IMG/VR virus record: IMGVR_UViG_3300042308_001511
Location: 186,001-250,000 of that record
Reading direction: 5' to 3' (one strand)
DNA length: 64,000 nt
This document shows, piece after piece, positions 17,374 to 26,732 of this stretch. Each line of letters starts with the position of its first letter. Position 1 is the first letter of the stretch. The notes beneath the pieces are model-generated. The model was not told where the DNA came from, did no database searches, and worked only from the letters and a program-made list of their open reading frames with translations. Made by a program: the position numbers and the translations under genes.

Positions 17374-18039
17374 ATGTCATACTTAGATAGCGCAAGAAGA
17401 TTCAAAAATTTTGAACCGAGTTGGGACTATAAAAAACAACTTCAATACGTTTCTGAAACACATGATTGGGGCGATGAAGAAATGCAAAAATTACTATTTT
17501 TGGATATTCAAAAAAAAATTAGTAATTCAACGCCATCATTTATTGAATTGGGTTCGGGTGGAACAGACTCATCTGTTTATTCACTATTATTTGAAAAATA
17601 TCACAATTATGAATGTACAATTATTAATACAGAACCAAGGAAAGAATTACTGGATTTGATTAAAAGTGAATGGATGCCAAATCATTTAAAAAATGCCATC
17701 TTATATCATGGTTATAATGGAAGCGGTAACGGCTTAGATAATAAAGAAATTATTCCTAAATTGAAAATTTCTGATATTATGAAAGAATGTAATTTGGAGA
17801 AAGTGGATATTTTACATATGGATATACAGGGTGATGAAGTTGTCGTTTTAGAAGAAATGGAATATGATAATACTATCAGAAAAATTCGTTTTTTCTTTAT
17901 ATCAACTCATAGTCTAAGTATTCATGAGAAATGTTTGGAAATTATAAATAGAAATCTTAAAACACTTTACTATTTTTCGGATCCATATTCTGGTGGGTAT
18001 GGTGATGGACTAATAGTTTTTGAAAACTTAGATTTTTGA
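17374..18039 (+). CDS. FkbM-like SAM-dependent methyltransferase
   Basis: FIELGS (motif I) and VDILHMDIQGDE, FkbM-like. Confidence 0.7.
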   Translation: MSYLDSARRFKNFEPSWDYKKQLQYVSETHDWGDEEMQKLLFLDIQKKISNSTPSFIELGSGGTDSSVYSLLFEKYHNYECTIINTEPRKELLDLIKSEWMPNHLKNAILYHGYNGSGNGLDNKEIIPKLKISDIMKECNLEKVDILHMDIQGDEVVVLEEMEYDNTIRKIRFFFISTHSLSIHEKCLEIINRNLKTLYYFSDPYSGGYGDGLIVFENLDF

Positions 18040-18302
18040 TAAAAGATACTCTTTCAACATTCTCCACTTAATTCACGTTCTATATTGGATGTAATATTTG
18101 TAGAAATAAATTATCTACAATCTCATTATATTGATTTGGTTTTCAAAAACTATATAAATTACTCGACACGGTTTCCAATATTAATTTTTTCATACCGTAC
18201 AAACACAACCCAAAACCGACTGTATAAAAAGAAACTAAATCTAAAACAATAGAATAGATCTCTGGAAATCCAAAATGAACTAAGGTTTTATTTATAATTT
18301 AT

Positions 18303-18330
18303 AAAACCACTCACATTGAGTGGTTTTTTT
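18303..18330. terminator. Intrinsic terminator
   Basis: AAAACCACTCA-CAT-TGAGTGGTTTTTTT. Confidence 0.8.
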
Positions 18331-18356
18331 GTTTATATTTGTCTAAAATAAAAGAT

Positions 18357-19217
18357 ATGGCAGACTATAGTAGAGATAAATTGTTCGAACAACTGGATCA
18401 GTTGAAAATTTACAAATCGGGTGAAAGTGTAATCACTGAGTTTAGAGGTCGTGTTATAAACAACACTGATGTATCGTCTAAATATGAAATTTTTGACATT
18501 GTTAAGTATTTCAAAGAAAGAATTGATGAGATTGAAAAGTCTTTCAAAATTGATAAATACTTTCTTACAATCAAAGGTGGTAAACAAACACTCGACCTTG
18601 TATCTGAGGAGGTTGAAGTTGCTGGAAAGAAATTTCAAAAGACTTTCCATATGCAAAACTCAACCGATAGATCGCGTAGATTAGGTTTCAATACTGGTCT
18701 CTATAACGTAGAGGATAAATATGTTGTGATTAGTGCGGTAAATCAGGTTTCTTTGTATAAGGCACACATTAAGGGTGTAACACAGGCGGCAGAGGAAGCC
18801 AGTAAGGGTATCTCTGGTGAGACGTTTGATGATCAAATCAGTGCATTGAACGATTTGGTTGGTCATAGAGTCGCTTTCTCAAAAATACGAGGTGTTATAC
18901 TGGGTGATGATGAGAAAGTACCACAGATTGCACATAAACGTTTCGATAATTTCGTAGCTTCTCTGAAATCTGCTAGTCGTTCAGGAATAACAAAGGAGGA
19001 CTACACAAAGTATAATATACCGAGACAAAGATCAGAGTATGTGAAGGAGATAAAGTTTGACGAAGACTTCTTCATTGACGGATTCGACACAATAATGTGT
19101 TATTTGAGAGCATTTGGTGGGCAGGAGACACACATCATCAAAAATGAGTCTGAGCGAATTATGAAAATTACCCAATGGTCGGTTAGGAATGATATGTTAG
19201 CGATGCTTGGAATATAA
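18357..19217 (+). CDS. Hypothetical protein (weakly DUF932-like) with tag variant (RNDMLAMLGI)
   Basis: Start likely ATG 18357 after TATATTTG at 18334; NSTDRS resembles the NSxDGS motif of DUF932. Confidence 0.7.
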   Translation: MADYSRDKLFEQLDQLKIYKSGESVITEFRGRVINNTDVSSKYEIFDIVKYFKERIDEIEKSFKIDKYFLTIKGGKQTLDLVSEEVEVAGKKFQKTFHMQNSTDRSRRLGFNTGLYNVEDKYVVISAVNQVSLYKAHIKGVTQAAEEASKGISGETFDDQISALNDLVGHRVAFSKIRGVILGDDEKVPQIAHKRFDNFVASLKSASRSGITKEDYTKYNIPRQRSEYVKEIKFDEDFFIDGFDTIMCYLRAFGGQETHIIKNESERIMKITQWSVRNDMLAMLGI

Positions 19218-19247
19218 ACAAATAAATCTCTCATAAGTATAAAACTT

Positions 19248-20000
19248 ATGAGAGATTATCTTTTAAAGAGGCTTGAATGCTTCAACGACCCAGATTTCAT
19301 ATTCAATCCAGGTCTTCACCGATATACTTACCACGGTGATGTTTTTCAATCGGTTACTACATTAGTTGGTACGTTCCACAAACCATTCGAAACTGAAAAG
19401 ATGTCCAAAAAGAAGGCAGATGAAACTGGATTCGACCAAGAGTGGATAAAGGCCGAGTGGGTTGAAACTAATCGTTATGCGAATGAGGTTGGAACTGCTA
19501 CACATGAATGGATCGAGAATTATTTTTCTGAAATTTGGCAACCATTACCAACCAATCCGGACATCATACACCGAATAAACAAATTCAACAAAATTTTCGC
19601 AAAACAATTGTATAAGTTGGAACCTTTGGCTTTCGAGGTTAGGGTTTTCTCTAAAAAGTGGAAGAAGGCAGGTACAATCGATGCACTCTTTGTTAAAGAT
19701 GGTAAGATTTTTATACTTGACTACAAAACCAATAAAAAGTTTACCGATGATGATCATAAAGATGGTAGGTATCAGAAGTTACTATGGCCATTTGATTCTT
19801 TCTATAAAAACCATCACAATGAGTATTCAATACAATTATCGATTTATGCTGCTATACTCGAAGAGTGGGGCTTTGATGTGGCGGGTGCATACCTTGTCTA
19901 TATAGGACCTGGAGATGAGGAGGCGGAGTTAATAAAGGTGAAGGATATGAGACCTTATATAAATGAGTATTTCGAGAGTCAAAATTTTCTCGGAGAATAA
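19248..20000 (+). CDS. PD-(D/E)XK exonuclease (RecB/Cas4-like)
   Basis: SVTT, GTATHEWIE, AGTIDALF, ILDYKT, QLSIY motifs. No four-Cys Fe-S signature seen. Confidence 0.85.
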   Translation: MRDYLLKRLECFNDPDFIFNPGLHRYTYHGDVFQSVTTLVGTFHKPFETEKMSKKKADETGFDQEWIKAEWVETNRYANEVGTATHEWIENYFSEIWQPLPTNPDIIHRINKFNKIFAKQLYKLEPLAFEVRVFSKKWKKAGTIDALFVKDGKIFILDYKTNKKFTDDDHKDGRYQKLLWPFDSFYKNHHNEYSIQLSIYAAILEEWGFDVAGAYLVYIGPGDEEAELIKVKDMRPYINEYFESQNFLGE

Positions 20001-20053
20001 ACAAAATATTTTTTTCGAATATAAATAAAAACATAAAAACATAAAACATAAAA

Positions 20054-20566
20054 ATGGAGATTAGAGTAGTAGACTTCGACGTTCTTACAAAGAACTACAC
20101 AAAATACCAAGATGGTATGAACAACTTAACATTGGTTAGAGAATCTTTCGTGCGTAAGATGGATCCTATCAAAGAAGAAATGGAATTTATCGTTAAGGCT
20201 GCAAATAGTGGATTAGTTGTAGATCCAAAGACACAACAAGAACAAAATGCAAAGTTTGCAGAACTTCAGGACAATGCTATGGCAATTGATAATGAGTATA
20301 AAGTTGCCATAAGAGCTGAGCAAGATAATCTTAACAAAAAGACATACGAAGAACTTTCGACTATCATCACTGGATGGACTGAAGAAAAGGGTATTGATTT
20401 AGTAATGGGTAAAATGGAGGTTGTTTGGGCTTCTAATCAGGTTGAAATCACAGATTCTATTTTAGATATTCTAAAAGAAAGAGGTGAATATTCTGAATAT
20501 AAAGAGCCTAAAACTGAGAATGTTGAGAATGTTGAGAACAACGTAGTAGTAGAGGATCTTAGATAG
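20054..20566 (+). CDS. OmpH/Skp-like chaperone lacking a signal peptide
   Basis: IRVVDFDVL, long coiled coil, EEKGIDLV...DITDSILDIL; no hydrophobic N-terminus. Confidence 0.65.
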   Translation: MEIRVVDFDVLTKNYTKYQDGMNNLTLVRESFVRKMDPIKEEMEFIVKAANSGLVVDPKTQQEQNAKFAELQDNAMAIDNEYKVAIRAEQDNLNKKTYEELSTIITGWTEEKGIDLVMGKMEVVWASNQVEITDSILDILKERGEYSEYKEPKTENVENVENNVVVEDLR

Positions 20567-20576
20567 AATTTTCTAC

Positions 20577-20611
20577 AAAAAAAGACCACCAAATTTGGTG
20601 GTCTTTTTTTT
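20577..20611. terminator. Bidirectional intrinsic terminator
   Basis: AAAAGACCACCAA-AT-TTGGTGGTCTTTT between convergent genes. Confidence 0.85.
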
Positions 20612-21581
20612 ATGCCTTAAGCCAAGCAATAGCTTGTTCGTATCTCTTTATTAGATTTGCATCCTCTGATAGTTTTGGATCGGAATATGCGAATGCTGCT
20701 TTTGTACCATCTACTCTATCGGCCATCACAACTATTTTTTTCAGTCCAAGTGCTTTTCTTACGGCAGTACTATATATGTAGAACTTTGGATCGTCCGACT
20801 CATAAACATCCTCTTCCTTCAATGTTCCTAATAGGTCATCTCTTTTTACATAGAGTCTGTATAAAAAGTTATTATACGGTTCTTTTGTTTTTATGTCTAT
20901 TATGTAAGCACCACCGTGTCCGGTAGGTATTTGTGAATCGTATGTTGTTGTAGATTCGGTTGTTCTGTCTATAGATTTCACCATAGTTACGTTTTTTGGT
21001 GGTGTTGAATATGTTGCCCAATCAGCTCTTTTAATGTTGATATTGTATATCTTGTTGTCCAAAATTTGTAATGTTAACATTTCACCTGAGTTGGTTAGTC
21101 CTATTTTGTTTGGTATACTAGTGGCGGTGAGTCCTGTAGTTAGTGTAGGTGAGAGTTCGAGACTTGCCATTTTATAGGAGTTACTCCTTATCTCATATCC
21201 CTGTTGATACACTCCTGTGGATGAGTATAAATTCTTTAAATCTTGTACTACTGGGTCGGCTGTATTTTGCATTATTGCTTTCCAGGTGGCGGCTTTCATC
21301 TCGGATATTCCTGAGAACTTATTGATATCTACTGAGTAGTAGTTGCTTAGACAATCGTTGAGTGCTGATGTATCACCATTAGTTATAGTCTCGTCAAACC
21401 ACCTGTTATATTCAGATTCGTTCATCGATCCTCCTCTGGCTAACTTTTCAATGTCTTTTTTAATATTATTAACACTTGTCGCTACTGATTTGGATGTGTC
21501 AACATCACCGATGTTCATTGTAATCGGTTTGCTTAAGTTTTTAATAATTTTGGTTTTTTTACGCCATGGCCAAAGTCCCAT
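20610..21581 (-). CDS. Hypothetical protein (probable virion/late)
   Basis: 323-aa ORF co-directional with two genes carrying the CTS-like motif. Confidence 0.75.
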   Translation of the reverse strand: MGLWPWRKKTKIIKNLSKPITMNIGDVDTSKSVATSVNNIKKDIEKLARGGSMNESEYNRWFDETITNGDTSALNDCLSNYYSVDINKFSGISEMKAATWKAIMQNTADPVVQDLKNLYSSTGVYQQGYEIRSNSYKMASLELSPTLTTGLTATSIPNKIGLTNSGEMLTLQILDNKIYNINIKRADWATYSTPPKNVTMVKSIDRTTESTTTYDSQIPTGHGGAYIIDIKTKEPYNNFLYRLYVKRDDLLGTLKEEDVYESDDPKFYIYSTAVRKALGLKKIVVMADRVDGTKAAFAYSDPKLSEDANLIKRYEQAIAWLKA

Positions 21582-21590
21582 ATCTTATAA

Positions 21591-23045
21591 TTACGTTTGT
21601 TTGAGTTTACTTAACTCATCTTCAATCATATCACCGATAGTTTTGACATCATCTTTTCCACCATTCTTCAGAAAGTCTGCATAAGACGCAACCTTCTTCA
21701 TCTTCTCTGGATCATCCTTTATCTCTGCTAGATTGTTTTTCGCTTCTTCTGCTTCCTCTGCAACGTTTGGAAATCCTACTATCCTATTGTAACCAGCTTT
21801 GAACTCCTTGCCGTCGTGTTCGAAAGTAATACTCTCGTCGTTATTTTTGTCGTCAATTAATTTCATCTTACCTACTCCAACAACATCCTTCTGTTCTTCG
21901 GGCTTCTTCTTGGCATCGTATGCGGTTGCATCAACACCTGGTAGTAAAAATATTACTTCTTGTCCATTATCGAAGATAGGTTTGAGTTTTTCATAACTCA
22001 ATGCTGGCTCTTCTTTGCCTGTATTTCCCTCACCGAATTTGTGACTTTCTACTTCTTTACCATCGACCTTAATCTGGTCTAATACACCTGTTTCGTATTC
22101 TGACTTACCGTCAATCTCAAATACTTGACCATCTGCTGTTCCTGATGTAAGTCCTGTGAGTTTTATTGTTGCACCTTTTTTAGCTTCGCCTGAAATATCT
22201 GCGAATATTTTTTTACCTTCTGCAACTACTAACTTTTGACTACTTGATCTGGTTACTTCGTATTTAGTGGTACCCTCTACTGGTGCTTTAAGTTCAATCT
22301 CTACGTTTTTCCATTTAAGTACTATCGTACCTTTTCCTTCACCCTCACCGGAGAACTTGTCGACCTCTTGTTCGTTCAATGCGTCTGAGAACTTGTACAT
22401 CTGTGGTAGAACCGTGGTTTCTATCCACTTAATTACTTCACCCTTCTTTTTGTCGTCAGTCAGTGGTGCTATGAGTTTTTTAAGAAGTGGAAGGTGATCC
22501 GTTGTGTCGATGAAGTTCTTTCCGTCTTGTGTCCTCTCTATTGCTTCACCTGATTTAGCATCGAGTTTTATTGCTGGTTTAGGTAGTGGTTGTCCTATTT
22601 TGAAATTTTTGGCAACCTGACCACCGTAGTTTAGGAACACCATCATATTGTTCCTCATCTTCTCGAGCATGTATGACCACATCTTTTTTTCACCCTCAGT
22701 CTTCCTCTCTGCAACGAATCCCTGTATTGCAGTCTGTGAGAGTACTCCGTCGTCCGGATCCACGATTTTACTGATAAGGTCGAAACAATCCTGATCATTG
22801 AACTGTGTCTTAGCTTTATACTCTTTAAATAGTGGTGCGAGTAAGCTGTCTGCACTCGTAGGATTCAGTATGTCGGTCTTGATGAACTTCTTCTGTGCCA
22901 CAAAGTCTTCACCGAGTTTGTCTATTTTGGCACTAAGTCTTTTGTATATACCCTTGAACAGGTTTGCCAATGCTTTGAAGATGAATTCTTCTTTTACTGG
23001 TTCGATACCTCTGAACGACTCGTAGTTCTTTACAATTTTACCCAT
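21591..23045 (-). CDS. Hypothetical protein with CTS-like N-terminus (probable head-internal)
   Basis: MGKIVKNYESF...; TATATA box upstream. Confidence 0.8.
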   Translation of the reverse strand: MGKIVKNYESFRGIEPVKEEFIFKALANLFKGIYKRLSAKIDKLGEDFVAQKKFIKTDILNPTSADSLLAPLFKEYKAKTQFNDQDCFDLISKIVDPDDGVLSQTAIQGFVAERKTEGEKKMWSYMLEKMRNNMMVFLNYGGQVAKNFKIGQPLPKPAIKLDAKSGEAIERTQDGKNFIDTTDHLPLLKKLIAPLTDDKKKGEVIKWIETTVLPQMYKFSDALNEQEVDKFSGEGEGKGTIVLKWKNVEIELKAPVEGTTKYEVTRSSSQKLVVAEGKKIFADISGEAKKGATIKLTGLTSGTADGQVFEIDGKSEYETGVLDQIKVDGKEVESHKFGEGNTGKEEPALSYEKLKPIFDNGQEVIFLLPGVDATAYDAKKKPEEQKDVVGVGKMKLIDDKNNDESITFEHDGKEFKAGYNRIVGFPNVAEEAEEAKNNLAEIKDDPEKMKKVASYADFLKNGGKDDVKTIGDMIEDELSKLKQT

Positions 23046-23068
23046 TTTACTTATTTGTTTTATATTCG

Positions 23069-23725
23069 TTATATATTAATCTTCTCGAGCTTGAAAAGAC
23101 CTAACATCGTAGGGCTGTTCTCTGGTAAGTCCAATTCTGTCTTTAACATATCGACCAGTGACCATCTTAGCTCACTGATGTAATATTCGAGGTCACTGTA
23201 CCATATCCCGTCCGGTCCTTTTCCGTAGTCTATGTTGAGACTGATGTGGAAAAGTGGCCTTATGGTTTGTGTATTAAGCAGTTTTTCGTTATGTGTTGAT
23301 GCACGTACGGAATCAACCTTTACCGAATCCACGAGTTCTATCTCGTTTACTAGCTCTTTGGTGAAATCTTTTTCCGCGTCCTCTGACTCATCTACCCGAT
23401 TGATTAAACTGCTATGTGCCTTCTGGATCCATTTGTCGATTGTTTGTATTAATGTTCTTTTGTCGTAGATTACCAAAGTTAGTCTCCTATCAATACGGTA
23501 ATTTGTAAAGACCGACATATTGCAGTCACCAAGCCTCTGTTCTAGTACTCCTATTGCGTCTAGTAGCTCTTGGTCGTTTGTCTCTTCTGGTATTAGTGTC
23601 ATGTAGAATTTGACACCGTCCATCTCAACGTGTTTGTATTCACCTTCCAGGTTCAGTTCCTCGAAGAATGCAGTGGTTATCATATCAGAGTCGTTGAACT
23701 CCTCAAACAGTTTTATCCATTTCAT
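23069..23725 (-). CDS. Hypothetical protein with CTS-like N-terminus
   Basis: MKWIKLFEEF...; AATATATAG immediately upstream. Confidence 0.8.
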   Translation of the reverse strand: MKWIKLFEEFNDSDMITTAFFEELNLEGEYKHVEMDGVKFYMTLIPEETNDQELLDAIGVLEQRLGDCNMSVFTNYRIDRRLTLVIYDKRTLIQTIDKWIQKAHSSLINRVDESEDAEKDFTKELVNEIELVDSVKVDSVRASTHNEKLLNTQTIRPLFHISLNIDYGKGPDGIWYSDLEYYISELRWSLVDMLKTELDLPENSPTMLGLFKLEKINI

Positions 23726-23765
23726 AAACTATATATTAGCTTCTGTTTATAAGAAATAAAAAACT

Positions 23766-24239
23766 ATGTCAGAATATTTAGAAAAAGTCGCCGAGTTTCA
23801 CAAAACATTTGGTGCGCCTATACTCGCTACACCTCAAATACCATCTGAGGAAAGATGTAAATTGAGAGTTAACCTTCTACAGGAAGAGTTGAACGAGTTA
23901 TCCGATGCTATAAAGGCAGGTGATATCGTAGAGATTGCAGATGCACTCGCAGATTTGCAATATGTTCTATCAGGTGCAGTTTTAGAGTTTGGTTTGAAAG
24001 ATAGGTTTGATCCACTTTTCGATGAAGTACAAAGATCAAATATGAGTAAAGCATGTTCTACTCAACAAGAGGCAATAGAGACTCTTTTACACTATAAACA
24101 AAAGGATGGTACGGAAGGAACATATCAACAAATTGGTGATGTTTATGTTGTGAATAGGAACGGAGACAACAAAGTATTAAAGTCTGTGGCCTATTCACCT
24201 GCAAATCTAAAACCAATAATTTATGAAGAGTCCGTATAG
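23766..24239 (+). CDS. MazG-like NTP pyrophosphohydrolase (PRA-PH/DR2231-like)
   Basis: VAEFHKTFG, LLQEELNEL, IADALADLQYV, FDEVQRSNMSK. Confidence 0.88.
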   Translation: MSEYLEKVAEFHKTFGAPILATPQIPSEERCKLRVNLLQEELNELSDAIKAGDIVEIADALADLQYVLSGAVLEFGLKDRFDPLFDEVQRSNMSKACSTQQEAIETLLHYKQKDGTEGTYQQIGDVYVVNRNGDNKVLKSVAYSPANLKPIIYEESV

Positions 24240-24558
24240 TAAAGCCTTACTAGAAAAATTAATGTTGATATACGGTGAAAAAGTAATTAATTTATATACG
24301 GTAAAGATTGATAAAATGGTATCTGAATTAGAGTCGGGATTCGTAGGACCATACATTTATAAAATTGAATGGGGTGGTGGTAAACCTGTTGAAATAAAGC
24401 CTATATTCTGTGACGAATTCATAAAATCCGGTATGGACACTTGGGTCGCACTTAGAGAAGGTAAGTACATATCTTCACATTCTTTTCACCAGTTCATAGA
24501 TTGTAGATCTGAAATACACCGTGAAAGACAACTGAACGAATTACTCGAGAATGAATAA
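24223..24558 (+). CDS. Hypothetical protein with tag variant (RERQLNELLENE)
   Basis: 111-aa ORF overlapping its neighbours. Confidence 0.7.
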   Translation: MKSPYSKALLEKLMLIYGEKVINLYTVKIDKMVSELESGFVGPYIYKIEWGGGKPVEIKPIFCDEFIKSGMDTWVALREGKYISSHSFHQFIDCRSEIHRERQLNELLENE

Positions 24559-24808
24559 GAATTCTTATTACGACATACTGATGACGGAGGTAACGGTTAG
24601 TGTTGCCTACCGTGTATTCGGTCTGGAAAGATTCGATGAAGGACAGAGAGTTTTTCTACATAGTCATCCCAGGATTACAAGATGGTTCTGCTTCGATCGT
24701 GATTATATTTTATACACACCTAGTGAATATGAACGTATGAAATACTTCATTGATGAGACAGAGTGGAGAGATGAAAGAATAGATACAATACTAAAAAAGA
24801 AAGAATGA
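24551..24808 (+). CDS. Hypothetical protein with tag variant (WRDERIDTIL)
   Basis: 85-aa ORF. Confidence 0.7.
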   Translation: MNKNSYYDILMTEVTVSVAYRVFGLERFDEGQRVFLHSHPRITRWFCFDRDYILYTPSEYERMKYFIDETEWRDERIDTILKKKE

Positions 24809-24812
24809 AATT

Positions 24813-25178
24813 ATGATGGTAATGCTTATTGACATCGATGGCACGTGTTGTACGGATATAATGAACGAGGATTCGCACCTATATCCAACTGCGGAAGTTA
24901 TTGATGGCTCACTCGAACAGATAAACAAATGGTATGACGAGGGTCACCATATTACGTTTTTTACAGCGAGAGAAGAGAAAGACCGACAGGTTACAATTGA
25001 TTGGCTTGATAAAAATGGTTTCAAATATCATGGTTTGATAATGGGTAAACCGAGATGTGTGAATCCGGTGGATGAGTATGTTTGGATAGACAACAGAAAG
25101 GTGAGGGGTGTTACCTATGACAATGTTTGGGGTGACTTAAAGACGGTGACTAAGGATATATTAACTTTCGGAGAATGA
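24813..25178 (+). CDS. HAD-family phosphatase
   Basis: IDIDGT (DxDGT), FFTAR, MGKPR and WIDN motifs. Confidence 0.8.
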   Translation: MMVMLIDIDGTCCTDIMNEDSHLYPTAEVIDGSLEQINKWYDEGHHITFFTAREEKDRQVTIDWLDKNGFKYHGLIMGKPRCVNPVDEYVWIDNRKVRGVTYDNVWGDLKTVTKDILTFGE

Positions 25179-26044
25179 AAATATTAGATGGGAAGGCAGT
25201 CTCTGAGAAAATACTCTCTGAGACAAAGGTAAAGATAGACACTATGTGTCATAACAACGCTATTCCGAGACCAAGTCTCGCGATAGTGATAGTTGGTAAC
25301 AATCCAGCATCAGAGACTTATGTTAAAGCTAAGATAAGGGCTTGTGAGAATGCTGGTATATCGTCAAAACTTATAAGATTTGACGAATCTATTGGGAATT
25401 TTGAACTATTCAACGAAGTTTCCAAACTAAACTCTTCGCACTTTGATGGTTTTATAGTACAACTCCCGTTGCCGGAACATATAGATGTAGATGCTATAAT
25501 TGGACACATAGATCCAGATAAAGACGTGGATGGTTTTCACCCTCTAAATTTTGGAAGGATGGCTATAGGTCAACCATCAATGCGACCTGCGACTCCATAT
25601 GGAATACTTAAGTTGATACAGTACTATGACATAGAGACTAAGGGTAAGCATGTAGTTGTAATAGGTAGATCTAACCTCGTAGGTAAACCGATATCTATTA
25701 TGCTTGGTAATGACTTCGGTATTGGTAGATCTACGGTTACTTCGTGTGATATCAACACTCCATATGATCTTTTAGTATCTCAGACTAAGATGGCAGACAT
25801 TGTGATAGTTGCTGTTGGCAAACCAGGTCTTCTTACTTCAGATATGATAAGACCGGGTGCTGTTGTTATAGACGTCGGTATAAACAGGAACGAAGAAGGT
25901 AAGTTGGTTGGTGACGTAGATTTTGATACGGTTTCTGATATTGCTGGTTGGATAACTCCGGTGCCTGGTGGAGTGGGTCCTATGACTGTGGCTGGTTTGA
26001 TGCTCAACACATTTGAATCTTGGCGAAGTAGGTGTTTCGATTAG
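25175..26044 (+). CDS. folD: Methylenetetrahydrofolate dehydrogenase/cyclohydrolase
   Basis: ASETYVKAK, VQLPLP, KDVDGFHP, PATPYG, GRSNLVGKP, TPVPGGVGPMT. Confidence 0.95.
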   Translation: MKILDGKAVSEKILSETKVKIDTMCHNNAIPRPSLAIVIVGNNPASETYVKAKIRACENAGISSKLIRFDESIGNFELFNEVSKLNSSHFDGFIVQLPLPEHIDVDAIIGHIDPDKDVDGFHPLNFGRMAIGQPSMRPATPYGILKLIQYYDIETKGKHVVVIGRSNLVGKPISIMLGNDFGIGRSTVTSCDINTPYDLLVSQTKMADIVIVAVGKPGLLTSDMIRPGAVVIDVGINRNEEGKLVGDVDFDTVSDIAGWITPVPGGVGPMTVAGLMLNTFESWRSRCFD

Positions 26045-26105
26045 ATTTTTGTAAATATACATCTATTTGATAAAGAACAATTTATAAAAAAATATTATAA
26101 TATTT

Positions 26106-26732
26106 ATGAAGTTATATACTACATTTACACCATCACATCGTCAAATGTATGACGAATATTTCTTACCTACGTTAAATGGATCTGATAACTTTGAATTGGT
26201 ATCTGTTGAGATACCTCAGGAGTGTGCAACTGGTAAGTTCTATGAAGAGGGTTGGTCTCTGACCTGTTTCAGAAAGGTGGAACTTTTCGTTGATGCGTGT
26301 CGTCAGAATATGGGTGACATTTTCGTTTACTCTGATGTTGATATACAATTTTTCGGACCAATTAAGGATGTTTTGATTGAAGAACTTGGTGAATATGATA
26401 TGGCAGTACAAAATGATACTGCACATTACTATTGTTCAGGATTCTTCATTTGTCGTGCAAATGAAAGAACTTTGGCTATGTTTGAGGCTATGAGAGATAA
26501 CTACCAGAGTGAGGATCAAACTACATTAAACAGGCATATACACCTATGTCGTTCTAAATTCCTTTCTAAACGTTTTTTCACTATTGCACATCTTACGGGG
26601 ACGGTATGGGACGGAAGTGAACTTCCTATACCATCTGATATACTTATGCATCATGCAAATTGGACTTCTGGGGTTGATAATAAAATAAAGATGATGGAGA
26701 TGGTTAAGAAAAAAATTAATTCATATGGATAG
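26106..26732 (+). CDS. Nucleotide-diphospho-sugar transferase (GT77-like)
   Basis: YSDVDIQFF DxD motif, CSGFF, DQ, HANW...K. Confidence 0.7.
   Translation: MKLYTTFTPSHRQMYDEYFLPTLNGSDNFELVSVEIPQECATGKFYEEGWSLTCFRKVELFVDACRQNMGDIFVYSDVDIQFFGPIKDVLIEELGEYDMAVQNDTAHYYCSGFFICRANERTLAMFEAMRDNYQSEDQTTLNRHIHLCRSKFLSKRFFTIAHLTGTVWDGSELPIPSDILMHHANWTSGVDNKIKMMEMVKKKINSYG

Noticed and set aside
18040-18300. Decayed minus-strand membrane-protein ORF in the long intergenic gap
   Set aside because: The best frame is ~46 codons with no ATG at its start, followed by multiple stops; not enough support.
20028-20053. AAAACAT x3 micro-repeat as a regulatory array
   Set aside because: Consistent with the A-rich translation-initiation leaders seen throughout the window; too short to support more.
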